Assembly: GCA_030141605.1 (NCBI GenBank)
Contig: JAQGDQ010000632.1
Coordinates: 1-64,000 of the forward strand
Origin: Tubiluchus corallicola
Taxonomy: Eukaryota > Animalia > Priapulida
Reading direction: 5' to 3'
Length of the DNA stretch: 64,000 bases
Shown: positions 1-14,045 of the stretch, in pieces
Layout: every line of letters starts with the position of its first letter
Position numbering within the stretch: the first letter of the stretch is position 1
Program-made: the position numbers and the translations under genes
Notes under the pieces: generated by a model
What the model saw: only the letters and a program-made list of their open reading frames with translations
Told to the model about the DNA's origin: nothing
Databases searched by the model: none

Positions 1-660
1 AAAGTCAACTATGTCTACTCAACATGTAAAGTCAACTATGTCAACTCAACGTGTAAAAGTCAACTATGTCTACTCAACATGTAAAGTGAACTATGTCAAC
101 TCAACATGTAAAGTCAACTATGTCAACTCAACATGTAAAAGTCAACTATGTCAACTCAACATGTAAAGTCAACTATGTCAACTCAACATGTAAAAGTCAA
201 CTATGTCAACTCAACATGTAAAAGTCAACTATGTCTACTCAACATGTAAAGTCAACTATGTCAACTCAACATGTAAAAGTCAACTATGTCTACTCAACAT
301 GTAAAGTGAACTATGTCAACTCAACATGTAAAGTCAACTATATCAACTCAACATGTAAAAGTCAACTATGTCAACTCAACATGTAAAGTCAACTATGTCA
401 ACTCAACATGTAAAAGTCAACTATGTCAACTCAACATGTAAAAGTCAACTATGTCTACTCAACATGTAAAGTCAACTATGTCAACTCAACGTGTAAAAGT
501 CAACTATGTCTACTCAACATGTAAAGTGAACTATGTCAACTCAACATGTAAAGTCAACTATATCAACTCAACATGTAAAAGTCAACTATGTCAACTCAAC
601 ATGTAAAGTCAACTATGTCAACTCAACATATAAAGTCAACTATGTCAACTCAACATGTAA
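1..660. repeat. Minisatellite, 27-28 bp unit (aaagtcaactatgtcaactcaacatgt), about 24 copies, truncated at window start
   Basis: Directly visible tandem iteration with an aaag/aaaag length variant and a tcaac/tctac variant. Confidence 0.97.
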
Positions 661-1647
661 AGCCAACTGGTCCAACTCTTTGGAATAAAATTAAAACAGA
701 AATTAAACAAGCTCAGTCTCTCTACAATAATAAAAGAAATTCAAAGATTACTTATTTTCGTGTTACTGAGCACAAACAATATTTTTTAAAGCAATATACT
801 ACGAAGTTACAAAGTGACAGCATTCCAATGAGACAAAACTTATTAGCACATATGATTTAATTTACTTTTGTATACCGCTATAGAGGACAGTTTTAGCTCT
901 ACTAACCCATCCAACCTGTTCTCGCATTCAACTTCCCTCTAACCATTAATACTTCCGGTCTTTCGTTTGCTTAACCTTTTCCATTCCTCTGTCAGAATGC
1001 ACAAAGTCCTCTTTAATTCTGGCAGGCAAACGAAATATTATTTAATATGTGAACTGTCTAGAAATTGAATATTTTGGGAGTAGACTTTGTAAAAGTATTT
1101 TGTTTGAAATGGAAATAAATATTACAATTACAATAACTATATACAAGGACGGAAAAGCAGTTCACGGCCCTCTGATGACCCAGCTACGTTGTTTTAGGTG
1201 CCCTTTCATCAAGTGCTTGCGTTGCCTTGGTGGCAACATCCACTTTGTATTTACTCCTCCACTTGAAAATGTTTAAGGAGAACATGATCATCATCAGCCA
1301 TTCACGTGACTTGCTGTGAGGTTAATTAAGGTTCTTCAAAGGATGAATGCAAGAAATGATTTTTCCAAGAAAATTTTGATGTAGCACTTAAACTCCATAT
1401 GAACCGCTAGTTTGAATATTATAACTTTACCCTTTCCTGACGTAATTTAGAGTTGCCACTGAGGAAAAAAGACATTTCAAGGAAGCCAAATATCAATTAC
1501 TTCCACTGACAAGCATGAAAAACTTAAACAAACACAATTCAACCAAACAAAAGCTCTCCAGACGTTTATTGGCTGGTGTACTCTGGCTTTAATATGAAAG
1601 AGCTTCTGCCAAGACGTTCAAAGACGTTTACAGATCAACTTCTTGAT

Positions 1648-3826
1648 GAGAATAAGCAAAAACCTTGAAGAACAATGCTTGGCTAAATGCTTAGTAAGCA
1701 GATCCTGGCTCTCACTTGAGTAAATATGATACACACGAGAATAAGCAAAAACCTTGAAGAACAATGCTTGGCAAAATGCTTAGGTAAGCACACCCTGACT
1801 CTCACTGAGTAAATATGATACACACGAGAATAAGCAAAAACCTTGAAGAACAATGCTTGGCTAAATGCTTAGGTAAGCTGACTCTGGCTCTCACTTGAGT
1901 AAATATGATACACACGAGAATAAGCAAAAACCTTGAAGAACAATGCTTGGCTAAATGCTTAGTAAGCAGATCCTGGCTCTCACTTGAGTAAATATGATAC
2001 ACACGAGAATAAGCAAAAACCTTGAAGAACAATGCTTGGCAAAATGCTTAGGTAAGCACACCCTGACTCTCACTGAGTAAATATGATACACACGAGAATA
2101 AGCAAAAACCTTGAAGAACAATGCTTGGCTAAATGCTTAGCTAAGCTGACTCTGGCTCTCACTTGAGTAAATATGATACACACGAGAATAAGCAAAAACC
2201 TTGAAGAACAATACTTGGCAAAATGCTTAGTAAGCACACCCTGGCTCTCACTTGAGTAAATATGATACACACGAGAATAAGCAAAAACCTTGAAGAACAA
2301 TGCTTGGCAAAATGCTTAGGTAAGCTGACCCTGACTCTCACTGAGTAAATATGATACACACGAGAATAAGCAAAAACCTTGAAGAACAATGCTTGGCTAA
2401 ATGCTTAGGTAAGCTGACCCTGGCTCTCACTTGAGTAAATATGATACACACGAGAATAAGCAAAAACCTTGAAGAACAATACTTGGCAAAATGCTTAGTA
2501 AGCACACCCTGGCTCTCACTTGAGTAAATATGATACACACGAGAATAAGCAAAAACCTTGAAGAACAATGCTTGGCAAAATGCTTAGGTAAGCTGACCCT
2601 GACTCTCACTTGAGTAAATATGATACACACGAGAATAAGCAAAAACCTTGAAGAACAATACTTGGCAAAATGCTTAGGTAAGCTGACCCTGACTCTCACT
2701 TGAGTAAATATGATACACACGAGAATAAGCAAAAACCTTGAAGAACAATACTTGGCTAAATGCTTAGGTAAGCTGACCCTGGCTCTCACTGAGTAAATAT
2801 GATACACACGAGAATAAGCAAAAACCTTGAAGAACAATGCTTGGCAAAATGCTTAGTAAGCACACCCTGGCTCTCACTTGAGTAAATATGATACACACGA
2901 GAATAAGCAAAAACCCTGAAGAACAATACTTGGCTAAATGCTTAGGTAAGCACACCCTGGCTCTCACTTGAGTAAATATGATACACACGAGAATAAGCAA
3001 AAACCCTGAAGAACAATGCTTGGCAAAATGCTTAGGTAAGCTGACCCTGACTCTCACTGAGTAAATATGATACACACGAGAATAAGCAAAAACCTTGAAG
3101 AACAATACTTGGCAAAATGCTTAGTAAGCACACCCTGACTCTCACTGAGTAAATATGATACACACGAGAATAAGCAAAAACCCTGAAGAACAATGCTTGG
3201 CAAAATGCTTAGGTAAGCTGACCCTGACTCTCACTGAGTAAATATGATACACACGAGAATAAGCAAAAACCTTGAAGAACAATGCTTGGCAAAATGCTTA
3301 GTAAGCACACCCTGGCTCTCACTTGAGTAAATATGATACACACGAGAATAAGCAAAAACCCTGAAGAACAATACTTGGCTAAATGCTTAGTAAGCACACC
3401 CTGGCTCTCACTTGAGTAAATATGATACACACGAGAATAAGCAAAAACCCTGAAGAACAATACTTGGCTAAATGCTTAGTAAGCACACCCTGGCTCTCAC
3501 TTGAGTAAATATGATACACACGAGAATAAGCAAAAACCCTGAAGAACAATACTTGGCTAAATGCTTAGTAAGCACACCCTGGCTCTCACTTGAGTAAATA
3601 TGATACACACGAGAATAAGCAAAAACCCTGAAGAACAATACTTGGCTAAATGCTTAGTAAGCACACTCTGACTCTCACTGAGTAAATATGATACACACGA
3701 GAATAAGCAAAAACCCTGAAGAACAATACTTGGCTAAATGCTTAGTAAGCACAACTTGACTCTCACTGAGTAAATATGATACACCCGAGAATAAGCAAAA
3801 ACTGTGAAAAACAATGCTTGGCTAAA
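1648..3826. repeat. Tandem satellite, 89-90 bp unit, about 24 copies
   Basis: gagaataagcaaaaaccttgaagaacaa recurs about every 89 bp; this explains the repeated MFFKVFAYSRV ORFs. Confidence 0.97.
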
Positions 3827-4051
3827 TGCATCCATCCATCCATCCATCCATCCATCCATCCATCCATCCATCCATCCATCCATCCATCCATCCATCCATC
3901 CATCCATGCATGCATGCATGCATGCATGCATGCATGCATGCATACATACATACATACATACATACATACATACATACATACATACATACATACATACATA
4001 CATACATACATACATACATACATACATACATACATACATACATACATACAT

Positions 4052-4086
<35 letters not shown>

Positions 4087-4090
4087 GCCA
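3827..4090. repeat. Compound tetranucleotide microsatellite (CATC)n(CATG)n(CATA)n(CAGA)n
   Basis: Directly visible; followed by a GA-rich tract to about 4250. Confidence 0.98.
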
Positions 4091-5271
4091 GACAGAGAGT
4101 GAGAAAGGAAAAACGAGAGAGAGAGAGAGATGGGAAGAGAAGGAGATGCAAAGAGAGAGAGAGAGAAAAAAAGAAAAGAAAAGAAATAGAGAGTATGAAA
4201 GAATGTTGAAAAGAAAACAGGGAAGAAACAACAGAACAAAAACAGGCAAGATATGCACATGACAGGATTACAAGTTTAGCTATAGCTGCGGGATAGAGGA
4301 AAATCTATCCCTCGAAGGAGAGCAGCTTCAAGGCACCGCTTTAATTACTGTTTATTCCAGCATCTCATATTTGCCCAGTCTGTTGGCATTGAGAAAAGTA
4401 GCCGCGGGACAGTTTACTTAAAGGAAAGCGTCACTTTCCGATGTTTGAATAATCGCCGGTCATCTTCGAATCTCGCCGCACGCAGACGTCAGCCATCTTG
4501 TTCCATTTTTATTTGAATGCAACGCAAACACGCACTATTTGAGTACATTAGATAAAAATTTAGTAAATTTAATCAAATGCCTTTCGGGCAAGAAGCAGTA
4601 TGGTTATATACACTAACTAGAAACTCCCAACGCGTGTGCGTCGTGTTTTTCCTCTAAACTAACCCAACCAGTCAACAAACGAAAGGTAACACAAAATGGG
4701 AAGGTGCAGGTCTTAGAAGGAGTGCTGTTCGGCATTCTGCAATATTCAGAAGTATAACCTGCATAACGTAGGTGGTTATGACGGGACCGGAACCCGCTTA
4801 ATAACGCTAGTCTTCTTGGTCGAGAAAGTGAACAGGCATCACATGTTCAGATGTAATGTACGCTGCTGTTGGAAGTAAATAACTAGGACCAGTACAGCGA
4901 ATGGAAGCACCCTAAGTGAGTACTGAACTCGTTGGTCATCCACCTGTTCACTGACTAGTCTAGGCAATGTTTAACTTCGGTTGGTAAGCATACACCGTAA
5001 GCAACGTGCTATTCCTCTTAGTTATCAATTCCTCGCTCTAGATGTGTTTGAGATCACGAAAGGAAAAACACAGGCCCACGGGCCACAGCACAGATATTAC
5101 AGTGCTCAGCTGCATTTGCACGAAAAAACCAGCTAAACGAAGAAAAACTCGAAATCGAATCGATTTTTCATTTTTCGAACTTGAACCGAATAGAATTGAA
5201 TTTGCTCATTTACGTCGAGTAAAGTCAAAGGTTTCTGAGGACTCATTTTCGTTTTTTATTACTAGTACTTC

Positions 5272-5673
5272 GTGTACAACACCGAAACGTGGGGTATGAC
5301 TGCAACTCGTGAAACACAAACAGATGTGTCCCATAGAGGTCTACCCAGAAAAATTTTACAAATAAAATGGCCATACATCATTTCAAATCAGCAGCTGTAT
5401 ATCAGAACCAAAGAATATTGGAGTACTAAAATCAGAATCAGAAGGCCAAGATGGATAGGGCACTTAATGAGATTGCCAGAAACAGCACCAGCATTAAACA
5501 AAGCACTGAAACTTATTAAACCACCTGCAGGCAAACAAAAAATAACTTGGAAATCAAGAATTAATAAAGATTTGCAACAGCTGAGACTAAACCTAACAAT
5601 AGCGCCACAGGAGTTGAAGATTTTAGCTGCAGACAGAAAACAGTGCGGTGTTCTAATAAATGATAGAGGCTGA
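5272..5673 (+). mobile_element. 5'-truncated, degenerate non-LTR retrotransposon fragment (RTE-like RT C-terminal region)
   Basis: YNTETWGMT...RKILQIKWPYIISNQQLY...RPRWIGHLMR resembles the post-RT motif of RTE-clade LINEs (YGxETW...LRRIL.I.W...ISN.EL...RLRW.GH..R). Confidence 0.75.
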
Positions 5674-6884
5674 ATGTCTACAAAAGATGGTTAGAGCAAC
5701 AGAAAAGGAAGAATTAAAGCACTCTTAGAACGTCCAAACTAGTGACATGACAGTGGTAAAAACTGATGAAACCAGGTAGTCATCGTGCTCAGATTAATCG
5801 TGAACAGCAAGCAGAACTAAGTCGTTAACTCGGGGTAAGAATCCATCAGACAGTACAGAATAAGAGAACTTGTAAAAGAGTGTAAGTGAAAAAAGTTACA
5901 AAACTTCATACTGTCTTCCCTAAAAGCCAAACGAAACGTGCATTCCCCCCCCCCCAGCAAAAATCAAATATGGAAAACCGCAGTACAAAAAAAACAATGT
6001 ACACAAAACATCAAGGCCACTGGACCTTCTTATAAGACGAACAATGTCATATGGCCTTCATGTTCTTCACATTACAGGTGAGTTTGTGTCAATATGTCAC
6101 CTCTAGTATGCGGCCTAGCCCTTTGTTTATTTTTCTGTATTTGGCCCTCAGTAAAAAACTTTGGACACCCTTATCATATGCCGTCTTAACGCATATCTGA
6201 AAACACTAAGTCTCTAATGAAGCACATACATCAGCACGTCTGACTATGATCATTTAGATACAGCATTGTATGGCATGCTATTATTCTGTTGTTCATCCTG
6301 GCAAACCATGTGCAGTGAACTGAAATATTCAATTTTTGCATGAAGACGCAACGAAGGGATATAAACGTATAAAACTTAACGTTACGTCACAAGTTTTACA
6401 GCTTTAACGAGCACATTCAGCGTCACGGTGTTTTCTACTGTGCACAGTTAAGGGAACAATTTACAGCAAATTAAAGCATAATTTCACTGCCGTTGATTCT
6501 CTTGTTGCCGCCCAAAATTGGATTACAGGCATTTCTGCAACAGAAGCTGGTAAATTAAAGGCAACACTCTGCTATTTGTTTGTTGCCTAGCGACCGGTAG
6601 GTGAAGTATATAATTATCATTGAGAGAAAACAGGTAAATGTTTCAAAGTTGGGTTTTTTCCAAAAGATCAATTCTGCGAGAACTTGTACTACGTTTTTCA
6701 TGAATAAGTGCAAACGCGATGATTCAATATCCAGCATGAAACACAAACCAAATAATGGTTAATCGAGCTTTAAATCCCATTACTGGGAGTCGAACTCAGG
6801 TCTTTCTTTATTGAAAATAGGAATTGAGCACAAATCCTTCTGAACTGCTGCAGTCAAACGTTCTGATTTGAAAAGGTCCTGGCT

Positions 6885-7937
6885 TCAAGTCTTGAGCTAA
6901 GGAACTTTTGTCAACCCAATCATTAGAACTCTTCTAGGCATAACTTACTTTGCCTCAAGTCTTGAGCTAAGGAACTTTTGTCAACCCCATCATTAGAACT
7001 CTTCTAGGCATAACTTACTTTGCCTCAAGTCTTGAGCTAAGGAACTTTTGTCAACCCCATCATTAGAAGTCTTCTAGGCATAACCTACTTTGCCTCAAGT
7101 CTTGAGCTAAGGAACTTTTGTTAACCCCATCATTAGAACTCTTCCAGGCATAACCTACTTTGCCTCAAGTCTTGAATTAAGGAACTTTTGTCAACCCAAT
7201 CATTAGAACTCTTCCAGGCATAACCTACTTTGCCTCAAGTCTTGAGCTAAGGAACTTTTGTCAACCCAATCATTAGAACTCTTCTAGGCATAACCTACTT
7301 TGCCTCAAGTCTTGAATTAAGGAACTTTTGTTAACCCAATCATTAGAACTCTTCCAGGCATAACCTACTTTGCCTCAAGTCTTGAGCTAAGGAACTTTTG
7401 TTAACCCCATCATTAGAAGTCTTCTAGGCATAACCTACTTTGCCTCTAGTCTTGAGTCAAGGAACTTTTGTCAACCCAGTCATTAGAACTCTTCCAGGTA
7501 TAACCTACTTTGCCTCAAGTCTTGAGCTAAGGAACTTTTGTCAACCCAATCATTAGAACTCTCTTACGCATAACTTACTTTGCCTCAAGTCTTGAATTAA
7601 GGAACTTTTGTCAACCCAATCATTAGAACTCTTCTAGGCATAACTTACTTTGCCTCAAGTCTTGAGCTAAGGAACTTTTGTCAACCCAATCATTAGAACT
7701 CTTCTAGGCATAACCTACTTTGCTTCAAGTCTTGAGTCAAGGAACTTTTGTCAACCCAATCATTAGAACTCTTCCAGGCATAACTTACTTTGCCTCAAGT
7801 CTTGAGTCAAGGATCTTTTGTCAACCCCATCATTAGAACTCTTCCAGGCATGACTTACTTTGCCTCAAGTCTTGAGTCAAGGATCTTTTGTCAACCCAAT
7901 CATTAGAACTCTTCTAGGCATAACTTACTTTGCCTCA
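6885..7937. repeat. Tandem repeat, 70 bp unit, about 15 copies
   Basis: cttgagctaaggaacttttgtcaaccc at 6891, 6961, 7031 and onward. Confidence 0.97.
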
Positions 7938-10282
7938 GCTGGGAGCTGGAAGGGCAATTAGCCTGGCACCACTTTTGATCTGTTGTATTGAAGAAACATC
8001 AATTCTGCTGGGAAAGCCAAAGGATACAACACGCCTGACTATGTTTTTTTACGAAAACACAGCTGACTTTCTGGCAATTTGACAAAAGTTGTGTTCTTTT
8101 AAGAGACGGGCTAAGAGGCAATCTCGATCACGGTGCGCAGACATTTCGACACAGACATTTGGACACAAGGCTATTTCGACACACACAGGTAATTCGGACA
8201 CGAGATTATTTCGACACAGGCAATTTAATACACAAGGTGATTTGAACACATAGATCTCATTAACATTTGCATATCACATATTGTCACAAGTAACACAAAC
8301 TCTCTAGCTGTGCCACTTCTCCCTGGTACAAATCATCTTTCCATTGCCAAAGCTAACTGACAATAGAAATTCAAGCAGTACACCCAAATGCCTATTATAG
8401 GCTATTTTTAAAGTAAGTGACATTAGTATGTATGAATATAAGGTAGAAATAACTGTACAAATAAGTCATTTATTATATTATTACTGCTCAAGCACCTTGA
8501 AGCACCTAAACGTGTCTCATTTAAGTCAAGATGATATTAGTCAGTAGCAATTATAGTTAAAAACATGGAGGTGTGTGTAGTAAGTACATTTTTAGCAATG
8601 TAATCAATATGCCTTCAGTTAAGTGAAACGCGGGTTTAACACATGCACAAGAACTAAACAACTGTCTATTCATGCAAAAAACATTTAGACACGAAGTGAG
8701 ATCATTTTTTACGATTTGGCGGAAAATTAGTCTTAACCAAAATCGTCTCGTGCACACTGGCAGCATGTCGAAAATTCTGGGTAAAAATGAATAAGGCACG
8801 TTTGATTGAAGAGCTCTTACCAAGTTTAATCAGTGAAAATGCTTTTTCCAGAAAAAACGTTAGCATTAGCCCACCACAAAACTAGATACGAAATACCTGT
8901 CGAGTAAGTGGAAAGTTCCACTCAAACTCAGCAAACGTGACTTATTAAATACATACACCTCATGGTTGCAGCATTGATGACGAACTTTCAAGATTTCCCA
9001 TATTGACGCTAAACTAGTAATTAGCATGGAGACTGCGGGCGTATAGATACGACATCCGCAATGGTTTATGATTGTGAATAAGCGAGCGGGTCGTATTTTA
9101 ATGCACAATTTCCGTAATTCACTCGAATTTTTAGTTGTTTGTGCAAAAAGTTTACCCAATTTCAAACACGATCTTTTTGTTCTGCCATAATATGATTTGG
9201 GTTTGGTGAATGAGGGTTGCTGTGGTGGGTGTGATATAATGGGGTATGTGGTGTGGGTGGTGGTGTTGTGAGCACTATTGTTGTGCGTTTACAACCAAAA
9301 TTCTTCTGCGAACTTTAGCTGGTAATTATTACTGTCTAATGATTATAAATCCTAGCTTCATGCAAAAAAGTTTTATTTTTTTAATAATGGGTTACATTGG
9401 CAAGCATAATTTTTGCCTGCAATTCTGCGCATACCCGGATTTCCAAAGTTCACATAAATCCGCGGATTTCCACACTTGCGGATAAATCAGAAAGTGGTAT
9501 CCGCTCATCTCTGCTGATTAGTGATTAGAGCACAGTACAAACGCTGTTATTTTCCAAAAAGACATCTGCAAATCAATTGGCAATGACATAAACACACGAA
9601 GCTGATTTCATCAGCCGTTCCTTTGATGCAGTTCTTTCAACAGTTGAAAACGTTTTCACGACGTCAGTCAATCCATTTCGGTCATAAAATGTGGGACGAT
9701 ATCTCCGGATCCGTGCTTTTTGTAAAGTGAATACGTAAAACCGGTCACATAAAACGCGCATCAAAAGACAATCATGCGTCTTGGTATTGAATACCGAAAA
9801 TGGGGTCAAAATGGAAACCGTCATTGATAGTCTTTTTGAGATAAATGATTGGAACATTTAAACAATTTAAAACAACCAAAGATAGGAGCTCCCATTCCTT
9901 TATTTCCTCACGTAAGCTTGATTACAAGGAAACAAAGTGAAGGATAAGAAAGAATGACTCGGAAAGGAATTCATGAATGCAAATACTGGTAAAATTTGTT
10001 AAACTAAACTGATGCAAGTCATAGAAACACACAAGGGAGTCGTCGCTAGGAGACCTGGATTAATCAACGCCAACGGCAAAGGCAAACCATGTCTTATAAT
10101 ATGACAGTTTGTGAGAAGCAAATCGAACTGTGCCGGCTGATCCAATGGCCCAAGATATTTTCGCCACCTTTTCAAATTCTGTCAAAACCATTATCAATAA
10201 AACACTAATTATTACCGACAAAACACTACTGACCTGGTGTCTTCTATATCAAATGGCAAAATTTATTCTCCCCCTTCTTCAG

Positions 10283-10720
10283 TTAAAGGAAAACTGGACC
10301 CAATCTTAAACTATAGCTCAAAACGATTTATCCTATAATATCTTGAAAGGAAACATGCTATTTTTTCAAGAATAACTTACACACAAAGAATGATTACCTC
10401 AGAAACGCAATTTTGCGTTCAAGCGGTTAGTTCCGCGAGGTAAATTTGTCGAGTTTTGTATATCACAGTAAATGTTGTATAGCAACACTCTAACTTCAAT
10501 TGTCGTTTTCGTGGAATGTTTGTGCCGTTGAAAATTATGTTCACTTGTGACGTCATTACTAGTTGGGCTCGCCCGCCACTGATTAATTTTTTACCTATTC
10601 ATTAATTATCATAAACGCTTTGGCATTATTATAGGTGACAAATTATATACTTTTTACCGTACTTCAAAATGTAGGTAGGATATGAAAAATCATCCCGCTT
10701 TATTTTAAATGCTACACAAT
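10283..10720 (+). mobile_element. Dispersed repeat copy 1; TTAA-AG terminus, possibly a non-autonomous Kolobok-like DNA transposon end
   Basis: ttaaaggaaaactggacccaatcttaaactatagctcaaaac aligns by eye with 21457 onward and with the reverse complement of 53220-53727. Confidence 0.6.
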
Positions 10721-11069
10721 AACAATAATATTCAATTCAAGTTTTTATTGTGTCATCTTTTCAAATTCTGTCCTATTTCCGGCAAAACGCCGGCCCGGAA
10801 CACGACTGTTCAGAGAAATGACTGTAATGATCAGAAAAATGAATTGGGACTCTTAATCAGAGCGACCTGGAAAATCAATTAAAAGCGTGCTCCCAACACG
10901 AAGCAGTCGTGCGTAACATACGGAACTCAGAAAACGCTTTAGCGACGAAAACCGGACAGGAAGACACATGGAAGTGAAGCAGTTTCTTGCATGTTACATT
11001 TAAATTAAGGTATTCGCTATAAATTTTGCACATTTCTTCGCATGCACGAATAAATCAAGTTAACATACG

Positions 11070-11815
11070 GCCACGGAAGAACGAAAAGACATGCAATTTT
11101 CTACATCAGTTTATTAACCCGCACACGGCAGTCTGGAATCTGCACGTAGTAATAGAGACAATGCTGGCTCGCATTTGCACTTTAAGTTAAAGGGGAACAA
11201 TAGGGAATTTTAAACAATATACCAAAGAACTTTCCATGCAAAGTTGTATTACTTTGCCACGGAAGAACGAAAAGACATGCAATTTTCTACATCAGTTTAT
11301 TAACCCGCACACGGCAGTCTGGAATCTGCACGTAGTAATAGAGACAATGCTGGCTCGCATTTGCACTTTAAGTTAAAGGGGAACAATAGGGAATTTTAAA
11401 CAATATACCAAAGAACTTTCCATGCAAAGTTGTATTACTTTGCCACGGAAGAACGAAAAGACATGCAATTTTCTACATCAGCTTATTAACCCGCACACGG
11501 CAGTCTGGAATCTGCACGTAGTAATAGAGACAATGCTGGCTCGCATTTGCACTTTAAGTTAAAGGGGAACAATAGGGAATTTTAAACAATATACCAAAGA
11601 ACTTTCCATGCAAAGTTGTATTACTTTGCCACGGAAGAACGAAAAGACATGCAATTTTCTACATCAGTTTATTAACCCGCACACGGCAGTCTGGAATCTG
11701 CACGTAGTAATAGAGACAATGCTGGCTCGCATTTGCACTTTAAGTTAAAGGGGAACAATAGGGAATTTTAAACCATATACCAAAGAACTTTCCATGCAAA
11801 GTTGTATTACTTTGC
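11070..11815. repeat. Tandem repeat, 186 bp unit, 4 nearly identical copies
   Basis: gccacggaagaacgaaaagac at 11070, 11256, 11442 and 11628. Confidence 0.97.
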
Positions 11816-13264
11816 AATACGCGCTTACATGATTCAAAGAGTTATGTAATTGGAAAAGAAATTTCCTTCTAATGTAAAATATTCACGCTGCCTGGTAAAA
11901 CGGTTATTGTATCGCCATCCCAGTGTGCACCACTTGTTCACCTAAAAGATACTGTTGATCTTATTTGACAACATAAGGTAAATTAAATTTTTGTTTAGTT
12001 AGCGAAGAGTGCGCTACGGAGTTTCTGATTAATTTTTCAAATCTAAGCAATATTATCAAAATTTGTTTCAAAGGACTAGCCGTTAAAGTGGCTGCGCATA
12101 ACGGTCATCATTGAAGTTTTAATTTACAAGTTTTATACAGCATTAAGACAGCATGTAAGTGACATAAAATTTCAAGGCGAATTAATTAAGGTTTATTTAC
12201 GAAGGGTGTTTCTTGTACTTTGAAGGACAAGAAAAGAGGCACCTGAAGCAAGTTTCAGAAAAATCGCCTTAAAAAATTATACTACTTTACAGGAATTCTA
12301 TGCGTACTCGCGTTGAAAGGAATTTTCGTTTGTTTTCATTTTAAATCTCCCGCAGTATTGTGCCGACCGCGCCATTACCTGACGTCACTACGCCAGGTAA
12401 ATCAAGGGAAGAAGAGGCAATGTTAAATTATGATCCAAAAAACTTTCTGTGCAAATCTGTATTACTTAGCATTTCACTTACCTGGAAAGACTTATCTAAC
12501 TAGACTAATAATTTGAAATGTTTGTGCCAATAGGTAAAATGTCGCTGAATTACCCTCGAGGTTGCGCCACTCACTAGCCAAAAATGTATTTTTAATCTTA
12601 TTGACAAGATACAGTAATTAAAAATTATACTTAATAAGCAACATGTACGCTACGAATGCTCTGATCATTTTTTCGAACTTTACTTAATGTTATCAAAACT
12701 TGTTTCAAACGACCTACCATTAAAATGGCTGCGCCTAACGGTCACGCGGAAGTTTAAATTTCCACGTTTTATACAGCGTTACGACCGATGCAGGCCGTGC
12801 ATACGAAAAGGTAGTATGTAAGTGGTATAAGATTTCGAGACGAATTTTTCAAGCTTTATGTAAGTAAAGGGTTTTCTTGTGCTTTAAGCCAACAGCTCTC
12901 AACAATTAGGCCTTGCCTTCCTAGTCGAAAGATCGCAAGTTCAATACTCACACTAACTGGTTTCATACTGATTTTTGCATTAACTCTGGTGACTAAGTCA
13001 TTCAAAAACGCTTGTTTGTTACTAGATGTACGCGTATGTTACATACAATACGATGTTTACTATCCATTGTTTACAAGTTTGCTTTTCTGAGTTTTTCTCT
13101 TTGTTTTGTTTCTTTCATTATGAGCATACTAGCAAATAATTTATGCCAGAGGGAATGTTATTCTAATAACAACATGTACCGTGAGTAACTGGTCATGACA
13201 GCTTGCAAATATATTTTTATGATCTTTAATTTGTTTAACAAATTGTTTGTTTGTTTGCACCTAC

Positions 13265-13377
13265 CGTCCGTGCTCAGTCCTGGACTTGAAGTAAACTTCG
13301 CTACGTCCACTATCTTTACAGCAAATGTCTGGCCTGATTCCTTGTGAATGCATTTCCGCACCACACTGAAAGGTCCC
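13265..13377 (-). CDS. CASK: CASK/LIN-2 coding exon 2 (CaM-kinase-like domain N-lobe), 113 bp
   Basis: Translates (K)[37 protein letters not shown], the CASK signature. Flanked by acceptor ttgtttcag and donor GTAGGT; phase-compatible with the 28686-28744 exon. Confidence 0.96.
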
Positions 13378-13849
13378 CTGAAACAAGTAATAATGAAATA
13401 ATGTCAACTAACAAATAACGCGATTTTGAAAAATGCAAATGAATCAACCGACAATACTTAATTAAGATAAGCAGTCTTCGTATATGAACTTCAACGCAAA
13501 ATAGTTTAAAAAATTAAGTTTTTGGCAAGCGCCACAAGTGGCAACGTCGCTAAACTAGGTTCACGATTCTGAGAGAAACACATTTATAACATTCCGTTGT
13601 AAACAAGTGTGTAAATGGACTAAATGAAAAACGTATCAAGTCAAGACCCGTCCCGAACTTTGACAAGCTGTAACCAGTCGCAGCCTGCGTGACAGGGCGT
13701 CTTGGTAAGCTTGGTTGATCTAATGACTGATTAGCAATTACGTGTTCATTTAATATGAAGGCTGACTGTATAACTACTTCCCACCCATCTCAATCTGCTT
13801 GCTGCCCAAAGGCGGGTAGACAGATTCGCTGACTGGCTATCTTATTGTT

Positions 13850-14045
13850 TACCCACTGACAGACTGACTGACCGATCAGCTTACTGAGTACAAATAAATG
13901 ACCGACAAACAAAGGAACGAATGAGTGAGGAAATAAACTGATGAATGAATAACTAAACAGAAGAATAAACAAAAGAACACAAGAATGAATAAATGAACGA
14001 TAAAAATGATAATTGAATGAATTATTGAATGAGCTATTGAATGAG
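13850..14045. repeat. Degenerate mixed tetranucleotide low-complexity tract (GACT/AAAC/GAAT)
   Basis: Directly visible. Confidence 0.75.

Noticed and set aside
1802-4262. Many ORFs in the satellite and microsatellite region
   Set aside because: They are translations of tandem repeats (MFFKVFAY..., VCMY, IHPS, IHTY) with no coding signal.
4431-4496. Minus-strand MADVCVRRDSKMTGDYSNIGK, superficially like CASK exon 1 (MAD...IGK then GT)
   Set aside because: The internal residues do not match, it lies downstream of exon 2, and the real exon is at 28686-28744.
12890-12955. tRNA-like A/B-box traces (also near 6775-6805)
   Set aside because: No cloverleaf can be built; at most decayed SINE heads, too weak to call.
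13158-13264. C-terminal part of ORF 13158..13364
   Set aside because: Read-through into the intron past the GT donor at 13264; CASK similarity stops there.
1-13264. CASK exon 3 ([21 protein letters not shown]...)
   Set aside because: Not found by eye; probably beyond the left edge, though a short exon could have been missed.
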